This document shows, in pieces, positions 52,570 through 64,000 of a DNA stretch of 64,000 nt. The stretch is taken from positions 17,114,001-17,178,000 of the forward strand of contig CM075988.1 in NCBI GenBank assembly GCA_038087875.1, read 5' to 3'. The stretch's first letter is position 1. Every line of letters begins with the position of its first letter. Source of the DNA: Malacoraja senta. Taxonomy: Eukaryota. The notes under the pieces were generated by a model that was not told where the DNA came from, did not search any database, and worked only from the letters and a program-made list of their open reading frames with translations. Position numbers and translations under genes: made by a program.

Positions 52570-53708
52570 GGAGTCATGGAGTAGTTCAGGACCAAAACAG
52601 GCCCTCTGGCCCAACGCCCATGCCGACTAAGATGCTCCACCTACGCTAGTTCCACCTGCCCATGTTCTGCCAATTTTCCTTTATATCTTTCCTATCCATG
52701 TACCGTCAAAATGGCTTTTAAATGTTGTGATAATATGTCAGGCATCTCGTTCCATATACCCATCCTCTCTGTGTGAAAAAATTGCCTTTCAGATTCCTAT
52801 TAAATCTTTCCACTCTTACCTTCAACCTATGTCCTCTGCTTCTCGATTCCCCTACTCTGGGTAAAAGACTCCGTGCATCACCCTATCTATTTCCCTCGTG
52901 ATTTTACGCACCTCTATAAGATCACCCCTCGGCCTCCCGCACTCCAAGGAATAAGGTCTTGCATGCTCAACTTCTCCCTATAAATCAGGCCCTCAAGGCC
53001 TAGCAACATTCTTGTCAATCTTCTCTGCACTCTTTCCAACTAAACCAAACCCTTCCTGTAGCAAGGTGACCAAAACTGTAGAACTGTAAAATAACATCAC
53101 AACTTCTATACTCAATACACTGACTGATGAAGGTCAGTGTACCAAAAACCTTTGACTAATCGATCTACCCGCGATGCCACTTTTAGGGAAGTATGTACCT
53201 GCTCTCCTGGATCTTTCTGCTCTACAACACTCCCCAGGGCCTGCCATTCATTGTGAAGATCCTATCCAGATTTCACATCCCAAAATGCAACACCTTGCAT
53301 TTATCTGCATGATACTCCATCAACAATTCCTCAAGCCCACTTGCCCAGCTGATCAAGATCCTGCTGTCAATTTTGATGACCATCTACACTATCTACAATA
53401 CCACCCACTTTAGTGTCATCTGTTAACTTAAATATCATGTCTTGTACATTCTCATCCAAATTGCTGCCATAAACCACAAACAGCAATGCGCCTAGCACTA
53501 ATTATTGCGGCATACCACTGGTCACAGGGATCCAGTTCGAAAAACAACCTTTCACCACCATCCTCTGCTTCCTTTCATTCAGCCAATTCTCTATTTAGTT
53601 GGCTAGCTCTCTCTGGATCCCATAACCTTCCAGTGCAGTCTACTATGCAGAAACTTAACAGATGTCTTGCGGAAGTCCACATAGACAATGTCTACGACTG
53701 CATCTTCG
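52570..53708 (-). mobile_element. CR1 LINE 3' portion, degenerate
   Basis: RT and C-terminal remnants (ctataagatcacccctc; ttagtgtcatctg) and a 3' UTR like that of 21520-21650. Confidence 0.75.
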
Positions 53709-54431
53709 TCAAGTCAAGTCACATTTATTTATATAGCACATTTAAAAAACAACTCTCGTTGGCCAAAGTGCTTTACATTTGTTATAAGAATAATATAAAC
53801 AAACAAACTACATACATATATACATATAGCCCTCGCTCAGAGGACGTCAAGAAAGGCTTGGGAGTACAGATAAGTTTTTAGTCTTGACTTAAAGGAGTCG
53901 ATGGAGGGGGCAGTTCTGATGGGAAGAGGGATGCTGTTCCACAGTCTAGGAGCTGCAACAGTAAAGGCACGGTCGCCCCTGAGCTTATGCCTAGACCGCG
54001 GGATATTCAGCAACCCCAAGTCGGCCGATCTGAGGGACCTGGAGGTGGAGTGGTGGGTGAGAAGACTTTTAATGTAGGTGGGGGCAAGCCCATTGAGGGC
54101 TTTGTAGACATAGAGGAGGATCTTGAAATGTATACGGAACCGCACAGGGAGCCAGTGGAGAGAGGCCAGGATCGGGTGATGTGGTCCCTTTTTCGGGTGC
54201 CCGTCAGGAGTCTCGCTGCAGCGTTTTGGACCAGTTGCAGGTGGGACAGGGACGATTGGCTGATGCCAGTGTAAAGGGAGTTGCAGTAATCTAGGCGGGA
54301 GGAGATAAATGTGTGGATGATCTTTTCGAGGTCATCAAAGTGTAGGAATTGTTTTATTTTAGCTATCGTCCGAAGCTTTTACCACGGCATTGACTTGTTT
54401 GTCAAATTTCAGTGCTGAGTCAAATATCACG
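53709..54431 (-). mobile_element. L2-clade LINE 3' fragment
   Basis: FRIHFKILLYVYKALNGLAPTYI...RSLRS...GDRAFTVAAPRLWNSIP...FKSRLKTYL; (ttgac)n tail. Confidence 0.85.
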
Positions 54432-54462
54432 TCAACCTTTTAGGCTTCTCGGCTCTGATTCT

Positions 54463-54780
54463 AGGGGCGACACAGTAGCACAGCGGTAAAGTCGCTGCCT
54501 TAGAGCGCTAGAGATCCGGGTTCGATCCTGACTACAAGGGCTGTCTGTACTGAGTTTGTACATCCTACCTGTGACCACGTGGGTTTTCTCTGGATAGACC
54601 AGCTTCTTCCCACACTCCAAATACATACAGGTTTGTTGGTTAATTGGCTTTGGTAAAATTGTAATTCGTCTCTAGTGTAGGATAATGCTAGTGTACGGGG
54701 TAATTACTGGTCAGCGTGGACTCGGTGGGCCGAAGGGCTAGTTTCTGCGCTATATGTCTGAGGTAAAGGACTAAAGTAAA
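54463..54780 (+). mobile_element. tRNA-derived V-SINE (HE1-like)
   Basis: A/B-box-like head (ggttcgatcc); similar to 28847-29132 over its whole length. Confidence 0.8.
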
Positions 54781-55441
54781 GATTCATTTCCCAATCGAAT
54801 GATCTACTAGTAAAATCATTGTGGCTTCCCAAGTGAAAAATGGAGCTGGTCCCAAATTATGTTAATGTCTGACATATTTCTGTACAAAAGTTCATTACTT
54901 TGAGATGATGTCCCTGAATCCTGTGCACTCGGTCCAGATAAAAATCAACAACAATTATCTCCTGATCTCCCCAGAGAAAAGGAAGTAACTTGAACCGTTT
55001 TAACTGAGCACCCACTTGCTTTTTCAGGGCAGACAGGGTTCCAATCATCTTCCATTATTTCAATTAGCAAGTATTAAAATTGCAAAAATCTTCTTAGAGT
55101 GCGAGTGGAAGATAATAATATAGATTCAATCTTACATAAACTGGAAAGTGACATTTTAGGCTTCATACACAACGTAAATCCTTTGAGACCAATAAGTAGA
55201 CAGTGCCGTAATGCGTTGGAAGAGAGGACTTTGGACCTGCAGGTCTCCTCTATGGCAGTTTTTGTTGCCACATGTCAGGGTCTGTTGACATACCACAGAA
55301 GTCTAATTGTGGAGAATTAACAAGTGTCCTACTACATTGTGCATCTACAAGGCTAACAGAATTAGATGAAATTTAGGAGTAAAAATGCCAAGAGTCATTT
55401 TTATTTTGAGATATAAATTGGGCTCTATGACGTCAAACTAA

Positions 55442-55661
55442 TGAGCCTGTCCCACTTAGACAACTTTGTAGGCGACTGCAGGAGACTATGCAGTTGCCAC
55501 ATGTTCACGGGTGGTTGCCGGGGAGTCGCCTTCATGGTCATGAGAAGTTCCCGCATTCTGGGAACTGGTCGCGGCCTCATTATGGTCGCCGGTTTTTCAG
55601 CTACGGCTACGTGAGAGTCGTTGGCAGTCTGCTGAAAAATCACCTAAGTGGGACTGGCCCA
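55442..55661. mobile_element. PIF/Harbinger-type MITE
   Basis: TAA|TGAGCCTGTCCCACTTAG...CTAAGTGGGACTGGCCCA|TAA: ~18-bp TIRs and a 3-bp TAA TSD. Confidence 0.75.
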
Positions 55662-56656
55662 TAAGCGACAGAATGACACAAATCTCATCTGCATAAGTGT
55701 GTAGGCAAATGGAACATTTATTTGGCCGAATTTGTAGGCAAAGCAACCGCAATATGCATGTTAACTAGTGGGACAGCTGCCTCCTCCTCGATCAGGTTTC
55801 TTAATTATTGCTGATGACCACGGAGTTTGGAAAATAAACTTTTCAAGGGAGCACAGTCAATGAGAATGAAGTACGTGCCCCAATTAAAATTCTAATTCCA
55901 CAAACAATTTCCAAATCCCACATAGATAGGACATATAGCACAAACACAGTCTCCTCGGGCCACAATTCCAAACCATCACTTATCTACCTGCACATAATCC
56001 ACATCCCTCCATTCCCTGCATATTTATATGCCTATCCAAAGTCTTCTAAATGCCATTAATGTATCTTGTTCAACCACCAACAGTGGTTGAATAATACCAG
56101 GCATTCAACACCCTCTGTGTAAAAACAAAACTTGTTCCGCACATCTTCTTTAAACTTTGCCCCTCTCACCTTAAAGCTATGCCATCTAGTATTTGAATCT
56201 CAAAGAATATGTTGGAAAAACTATTTTTATATTTTAAGCATTTGCAGTAGTTTATTAATTGTATTGCCTACCATGTGGAGTTTTTCCACTATTTTCTATT
56301 ATCATACCAGATTTCACAGTGCAGTTGCATTGATTCTCACTTCTCAGTTATGCTACCTTTAAGGTAGTGCCATTGAAGCAATTGTCAAACATATATCTTT
56401 GCGATACATGGGCTGCAGAGGTACTAGCAATATGTGCATTAAATATCAATCAAGTCCAAACGCTAATTATAAACCAACCTCAGCGACATGTACCTTATCC
56501 GTGCAGTTCCACTTTTGGCCAAATACATTGAAGGAAAGAACATTTGGTCTTTCTTGCCCAGCGAGTTTTATTACCACACCTTCATCCATCTGCTGTTTGT
56601 AGGGTGTAAGATTCCATCAGCAAGCATGCATACATCGCAAACAGGAGTTCAAATAC

Positions 56657-56738
56657 CTTGTTCACTAGGGATGTAGTTTTCATCGTAATCCTCTTCAAGG
56701 ATTATTTGGTCCCCTATCCGAAGTGCAGTTGCTGTCAT
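56657..56738 (-). CDS. CEP164: CEP164 first coding exon ([28 protein letters not shown])
   Basis: ATG at 56738. Translation matches the vertebrate CEP164 N-terminus as I recall it ([22 protein letters not shown]). Acceptor tttattttatag at 56767-56768, so the exon with UTR starts at 56766. Donor CAAG|gtattt. 82 coding nt. Confidence 0.95.
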
Positions 56739-57028
56739 TTCAGTCTAAAAGTGCGACGGTGCTTCCCTATAAAATAAAGAGCAAACTTATGTGAATTAAA
56801 CCACAGAAGTAAAATTAAAACACAAAACATTTTATTTTAATTTAATTGCTAATGTGACTGCTCAGGATGACTATAGTAAGAAAATAGAATCAAAGTCAAT
56901 AAATTTATTCTCTGAAATATCAAAAGGAATGTCTCACATTTTATTTGAAGGAGGTTGCTTCTCATTAAATAAAGCACACAAATACATCCTAACTAGAGAA
57001 AACACCAGCCTAGTCACCAAACATCCCA

Positions 57029-57029
<1 letters not shown>

Positions 57030-57092
<63 letters not shown>

Positions 57093-57100
57093 CTATCTAT
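57030..57100. repeat. (TATC)n microsatellite; a second tract at ~58157-58203
   Basis: Directly visible. Confidence 0.95.
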
Positions 57101-60100
57101 CTATATTATACTATTAAAACTCTGTGGCTGCCTGACTTGTGTCTGCCATCCGCCTGACTTGTGTCACAAATCCCCTTTGATACCGCCCCAGGCCCACACA
57201 GCACGCGGAGACGCCGATATTTTTTACCATTTCTAAAGAGATTACATTTATCTTTACGAATAGACACTCCTGATTAAATTTCTTCCTGTTTATGTGGAGA
57301 CGCCGATATTTGTTACCATTTCTAAAGAGATTACATTTATCTTTACGAATAGACACTCCTGATTAAATTTCTTCCTGTTTATGTACACATTTTTTTAATG
57401 AAATACATCACCCCCCCCACCCTCACTCACTCATTTTGTCTCCTCCTGCTGGTCACCCACCATAACTGCTGCTGTCGACCGCCACTGCTCCGAAAACGAC
57501 GCCATCTTTTTTTCGCTAGCGATTTTCACCCCGGGGTCTGAAGCACCTTCGGGATCTCACACCCCGGGGTCTTAAGCACGTTCGGTGTCCAGACCCAACG
57601 GGTCTGCACTTGGTCTAGTATACTATTAAAACTCTGTGGCTGCCTGACTTGTGTCTGCCATCAAATCCCCTTTGATACCGCCCTAGGCCCACACATCACG
57701 CGGAAACGCCGATCTCTTTTACCATTTCTAAAGAGATTACATTTATCTTTACGAATAGACACTCCTGATTAAATTTGGTCGTGTTTACGTACACATTTTT
57801 TAATAAAATCCATCACCCCCCCCCACTCACTCATTTTGTCTCCTCCTGCTGGTCAGCCACCATAACGGCTGCTGTCGACCGCCTCTGCTCCGAAAACGAA
57901 GCCATCTTTTTTTCCCTAGCGATTTTCACCCCAGTGTATGAATCATCTTCCGACTCTAAAACCCCGGGTTCTGAAGCACGATCAGTGTCCAGGGGTCTGA
58001 AGCACGTTCTGAATTTTCACCCCGGGGTCTGAAAATGTTCTGGGTTTTTTTCGCTAATGATTTTCACCCCGGGGTCTGAAGCACGTTCGGGATCTCACAC
58101 CCCGGGGTCTTAAGCACGTTCGGTGTCCAGACCCAACGTGTCTGCACTTGGTCTAGTATCTATATCTATATCTATCTATCTATCAATCTATCTATCTATC
58201 TATCTATAAAACTCTGTGGCTGCCTGACTTGTGTCTGCCTGACTTGTGTCTGCCTGACTTGTGTCCGCCTGACTTTCACCAAATCCTCTTTGATACAGCC
58301 CCTGGCCCACACAGCGTGCGGAAAGGCCCATATTTTTTACCATTTCCAAAGAGATGACATTTATCTTTACGAATAGCCACTCCTGATTAAATTCGGTCGT
58401 GTTTATGTACACGTTTTTAAAAATAAAATCCATCCCCCCCTGACCCCCACGCGATTTTCTCCGATTGTCTCAGATTTTCTCCAAAAACGACGCCATTTTT
58501 TTCCCGCCGATTTTCTCCGAAAACGACGCCATCTTTTTTTCGCCGATTTTCTCCGATTTTTCCGAAAACTACGCCATCTTTTTTTCGCAGATTTTCACCC
58601 CGGGGTCTGAAGCACCTTCGGGAACAACACCCCGGGGTGTGAAGCACTTTCGTGGACCAGACCCAACGGGTCTGCACTTGGTCTAGTATTATATTAAAAC
58701 TCTGTGGCTGCCTGACTTGTGTCTGCCATCCGCCTGACTTGTGTCACAAATCCCCTTTGATACCGCCCTAGGCCCACACCCACACACCATTTCTAAAGAG
58801 ATTACATTTATCTTTACGAATAGACACTCCAGATTAAATTTGGTCGTGTTTGTGTACTTTGTGTACAATTTTTAAAATAAAATATTTTATACCATTTCTA
58901 AAGAGATTACATTTATCTTTACGAATAGACACTCCAGATTAAATTTGGTCGTGTTTGTGTACAATTTTTAAAATAAAATACTACTCCCCCCCCACCCCAA
59001 CATTTCAAAATGTTAAAAAAAGAGCTCTCAGCCATAGAATGTTAGTGCCATTTCCATTGTGTGATGTCACAATGCCCGATGCTCACACATGTCCAATCGG
59101 AATGGATCCATTTACATATGCCTTTGCAGCAGCCCCAGCCACAGCCCCTCCCCCCCAACCTCACAGCCTGTGTCGAAGGGTGTCGTCACGTGTGTGGGGG
59201 TGATAGGGAATGGGGACATTTCAAAATGTTTTTTAAAAAAGCTCTCAGCAATAGAATGTTAATGAAGGTTCCGTTTTGTGATGTCACAATGCCCAATGCT
59301 CACAGATGACAAATCGGAATGGATCCATTTACATATGCCTTTGCAACAGCACCAGCCCCTCCCCCCCACCCCCGCAGCCTGTGTCGAAGGGCGTCGTCAC
59401 GTGTGTGGGAATAGAGAAAGAGGATTGGGGGTGATAGGGAATGGTGAACAGATGGACTGTCCCTACCCCTCCTACTTCCACGCTCCCTCCCCACTCTTCC
59501 CCCTCTCTCCTCTCCCGCTCCCTCCCCTCCAACACCCTCTCTTCCCCCTCCACAACTCCTCTTCACCCCCATCTCCCCCCCACCCACTTCCCCTCTCACT
59601 TGAACCACTCCCCGCTACCCCTCACTCCCCACTCTTCACCTCTACCTCCCCCACCTCTCTCCCTCCACCCTCCCTCTCTCCCTCTCTTCCCCCTACTCTT
59701 CTCCCCTTCCCCCATCCCCTCTCTCCAACTCTAACAACCCCTCCCCCCCTCTCCCCCCTTCCTGCCCTCCCCGCTCTACCACTCCCCACTCTCCTCCCCC
59801 TCCCTCGCCCCCACCCTGCTCTCTTCTCCCTCACCAATCTCTCCCCTTTCCTCCTCCCCCTCTCCCCTCACTCCACCTCTCCTCTTCTCTCCCCACCCCG
59901 TCTCCCTCTCCCCTCTTCTCTCCCCACCCCGTCTTCCTCTCCCCCCCTCCCGCCCCCCCCCCGCCTGTGTTTGGGGGGTGGTTAGTGTGAGTGTGATGCC
60001 GCAGCATCCCCCCCCCTCAAACGCGCGTTGGGGAAACAGCCCGCCAACAGTCTCTCTGTCTTTAAGACGGAACTGCAGATGCTGGAAAATCAAAGGTACT

Positions 60101-60359
60101 CAAAAAAAAGATGGATAAACACAGCGGATGCAGCAGCATCTATGGAGCGAAGGAAATAGGCAACTCTTTTGGCCGAAACCCATCATCAGACTGGTTTTGT
60201 CCCGAAACGTTGCCTATTCCTTTGATCCATAGATGCTGCTGCACCCTCTGAGGTTATACAGTTTTTTAATGTGTACCTTCGATTTTCCAGCATCTGCAGT
60301 TCCGTCTTAAAGACAGAGAGACTGTTGGCGGTCTCACTGTTACCAGTCTCACTGTCTCT

Positions 60360-60395
<36 letters not shown>

Positions 60396-63300
60396 CTTCT
60401 CTCTTCACAGCCTGCGGATCGAATCATGCACGGCCACTCCAAAAACACCCCCCTCACCTCTCTTCCCCCATCCTCTCCTTCCTCTCTCCACCCCCATCCT
60501 CTCTCCCCACCTTCCTCCCCCCCCTCCTCACAATTTTTTTTCCTAACATTAAATTTTCTCTCTGTGCCCCCCCACCCTCGAGATGCACCTGAGAGGTGAG
60601 GGCTATTCGTCAGTGGATAGGGTGGAGATGGGATTAAAGAAGACAATTAAAATATTAAGATAATATAAAGGGGTGTGATGAGTGTGTATGTTTGTTGGTG
60701 CCATATTCACACCCCACAACCGTGCTTTGGAGGTACAGACCCAACGGGTGGGTGGTTAATTTGACGCCACAGCTCTCCCCCCCCCCGCACGTTGGGGAGA
60801 CAGACCCAACGGGTCTGCACTTGGTCTAGTAATATATTAAAACTCTGTGGCTGCCGGCCGCCTACCGTCCGCCACCCCTCTTCACCCCCATCTCCCCCCC
60901 CCACCTGCTTCCTCTCTCTCTTGCACCACTCCCCGCTACCCCTCTCCCCCTCACTCTACCCCTCTCCCTCCCCCTCCTCTCTCCCTCCCCCTCCCTCTCT
61001 ATCCCCCTCTCTTCCCCTACTCCTCTCTCCCCTTCCACTCATCCCCTCCACCTCTAACATCCCTTCCGCCTTCTCCCACCTCCCCTACCGCTCTCCCCCT
61101 TCCTGCCCTCCCCGCACTCCTCCCACTCCCCACTCTCCTCCCCCTCCCTCTCCCCCCACCCTGCTCTCATCTCCCTCCCCAATCTCTCCCCTTTCCTCCT
61201 CCCCCTCTCCCCTCCCTCCCCTCTCACCCCCTCCCCTCTTCTCTCCCCACCCCGTCTCCCCCCCTCCCCCTGCCTGTGTGTTTGGGGGTGGTTAGTGTGA
61301 GTGTGATGCCGCAGACCCCCCCCCCCGCAAACGCGCGTTGGGAAAACAGTCCGCCAACAGTCTCTCTGTCTTTAAGAAGGAACTGCAGATGCTGGAAAAT
61401 CAAAGATACACAAAAAAAAGCTGGAAAAACTCAGCGGGTGCAGCAGCATCTATGGAGCTAAGGAAATAGGCAACGTTTCGGGCATAAACCAGTCTGAAGA
61501 TGAGTTTCGGCCCAAAACATTGCCTATTTCCTTCGCTCCATAGATGTTGCTGCACCCGCTGAGTTTCTCCAGCTTTTTTTGGTGTACCATTCTCTCTGTC
61601 TCTCCCCTCTCTCTCTCTCTCTCTGCCCTTCTCTCTGCACGCCCGCTCCAAACACCCCCCCCACCTTCACCTCCCTTCACCTCTCTCCCCCATCCTCTCC
61701 TTCCTCTCCCTCCATCCCCCTCCCCCCCTCCAACCGTGCTTTGGAGGAACAGACCCAACAGGTCTGCACTTGGTCTAGATTTCTCGCTCCTGATTAAATT
61801 TCGTCGTGTTTATGTACACGTTTTTAATAAAATGCTTCTCCCCCACCCCCCCCCCCACCCCCGAAATTTCAAAATGTTAAAAAAAAACAGCTCTCAGCCA
61901 TAGAATGTTAGTGAAGGTTCCGTCTTGTGATGTCACAATGCCACAATGCCCGATGCTCACACATGTCCAATCGTAATGGATCCATTTACATATGCCTTTG
62001 CAGCAGCCCCAGCCCCTCCCCCCCACCCCCGCAGCCTGTGTCGAAGGGCGTCGTCACGTGTGTGGGAATAGAGAAAGAGGATTGGGGGTGATAGGGAATG
62101 GGGAACAGATGGACTGTCCCTACCCCTCCTACTCCCACTCTCCCACCCCACTCTTCCCCTTCTCTCCTCTCCCACTCCCTCCCCTCCCACCCCCTCTCTT
62201 CCCCTCCACCACCCATCTTCACCCCCATCTCCCCCCACCCCCTTCCCCTCTCTTGCACCACTCCCCGCTACCCCTCTGCCCCTCACTCCCCAATCTTCCC
62301 CTCTCCCTCCCCCACCTCTCTCCATCCCCCATCCCTCTCTCCCTCTCTTCCCCCTACTCCTCTCCCCTTCCCCTCATCCCCTCTCCACCTCTAACATCCC
62401 CTCCCCCCCTCTCCCCCCTTCCTGCCCTCCCCGCTCTCCTCCCACTCCCGCTCTCCTCCCACTCCCCACTCTCCTCCCTCTCCCCCACCCTGCTCTCTTC
62501 TCCATCACCAATCTCTCCCCTTTCCTCCTCCCCCTCTCCCCTCCCTCCCCCTCTCCTCTTCTCTCCCCACCCCGTCTCCCTCTCCCCACTCCGTCTTCCT
62601 CTACCCCCTCCCGCCGCCTGTGTTTGGGGGTGGTTAGGTGAGTGTGATGCCGTAGCCCCCCCCCCCCTCCCGCAAACGCGCGTTGGGGAAACAGCCCGCC
62701 AACAGTCTCTCTGTCTTTAAGACGGAATGCAGATGCTGGAAAATCGAAGGTACACAAAAAAAAGCTGTATAACCTCAGAGGGTGCAGCAGCATCTATGGA
62801 TCAAAGGAAATAGGCAACGTTTCGGGACAAAACCCGTCTAAGGATGTGTTTCGGCCAAAAGCGTTGCCTATTTCCTTCGCTCCATAGATGCTGCTGCACC
62901 CGCTGTGTTTCTCCAGTTTTTTTTTGTGTACCAGTCTCTCTGTCTCTCCCCTCTCTCTCTCTCTCTCTCTGCCCTTCTCTCTTCACAGCCCGCGGCTCAA
63001 CTCATGCACGCCCGCTGCAACCCCCCTTCACCTCTCTCCCCATCCTCTCCCCACCCCTCTTCTCTCTCCCCGTCCTCCCTCCCCCTTCCTCTCCCCCTCC
63101 TCACAATTTTTTTTTTCTAACATTAAATTTTCTCTCTCTGCCCCCCACCCCCTCGAGACGCACCTGAGAGGTGAGGGCTATTCGTCAGTGGATAGGGTGG
63201 AGATGGGATAAAAGAAGCAAATTAAAATATTAAGATAATATCAAGGGGTGTGATTTGTGTGTGTGTTTGTGGGTGCCAGATTCCCACCCCGCAACCGTGC

Positions 63301-63409
63301 TTTGGAGGAACAGACCCAACGGGTGGGTGGTTAGTGTGACGCCGCAGCCCCACCCCCCCCGCAAACGCACGTTGGGGATACAGACCCAACGGGTCTGCAC
63401 TTGGTCTAG
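57100..63409 (+). mobile_element. Tandem head-to-tail array of six non-autonomous Helitron-like units
   Basis: Units end in hairpin AGACCC-AAC-GGGTCT (single mismatches in two copies), then gcacttggt and CTAG, at 57618, 58156, 58686, 60829, 61778 and 63409. Five units start with TC/TA...TAAAACTCTGTGGCTGCC. No TIR or TSD seen. Confidence 0.8.
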
Positions 63410-64000
63410 TAACATATAAAAACAAATACATTTACACATATATAATATTTACAGCGTTTTGTTTTCTAGACATAACAAGATTACAAAAGGCATGTTTTCC
63501 AATTGCACATCATTAAAATTGTTTCAATTCCACTACTTTTGAAGGTCCAATTTATAATTTTTTGACTTCAGCATCTGTAAAGTTCAATATATATTTCAAA
63601 TCCCCTTTAATTGATATTTCACAGAACTGCGTGTGGGCATGTGCCACCATGTTATTGTACATTTCTATAAATACGTCATAATGGAGTTCATTTTTAATAC
63701 TTGTATGAGTTGAGAATGGCTTTCCAATGACTGAAGATGAGGATGACTTCCCAATTTCTTATCAGGTTGGGGTGATAATGAAACTGGACTGGAAGTATAC
63801 ATTGTGATAAGAGTCAAAAGCATTGGCAAGTGCAAACTGAACCCTTCTTCATTTTTTTAATTCGAAAGACAGCACTTCTGACAGCACAGCACTTAAATAC
63901 TAACTGTAGTGCTGATAGAAGCATGTGTTCAAGTCTCTCAGGTGTGACTTCAACTTGTAACCTTAGGATTAAAGATGGAAAATGCTGCAGTATTAACTAA

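Noticed and set aside
54463..54535. tRNA gene
   Set aside because: This is the tRNA-derived head of a V-SINE that continues into the SINE core and LINE-like tail; no full cloverleaf.
57100..58686. CRISPR-like or simple satellite interpretation of the repeated units
   Set aside because: Vertebrate context, no repeat-spacer regularity and no cas genes; Helitron-type termini explain the units better.
59278..63211. Long Pro/Leu/Ser-rich and Gly/Glu/Arg-rich ORFs (up to 242 aa)
   Set aside because: They arise from stop-poor C/T low-complexity tracts in the repeat array, are open in several frames and on both strands, and show no domain.

Overview
Eukaryotic (vertebrate) DNA. The repeat content (HE1-type V-SINEs, CR1 LINE tails, Penelope-derived hairpin repeats) suggests a cartilaginous fish, probably a skate or ray; this is an inference. 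The window lies within the 5' part of a minus-strand CEP164 gene. I read seven conserved coding exons (56657-56738, 47758-47869, 44731-44929, 18433-18600, 15721-15831, 12573-12650, 524-634) plus a 1815-nt open, frame-preserving cassette exon (41504-43318), all with GT-AG boundaries and consistent phases. The introns contain: an internally deleted class-I-like endogenous retrovirus (35204-40812; two LTRs, GTTG TSD, tRNA-Leu PBS, gag/pol/env remnants); a probable unrelated solo LTR; two Tc1 transposons; a deleted Penelope-like element and its palindromic derivatives with hammerhead-ribozyme-like cores; Harbinger- and hAT-type MITEs; and many LINE/SINE fragments. The most unusual structure is a ~6.3-kb head-to-tail array of six non-autonomous Helitron-like units (57100-63409) just upstream of the first coding exon. 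Most short ORFs in the track are spurious or repeat-derived. Boundaries of degraded repeats are approximate and were read by eye.
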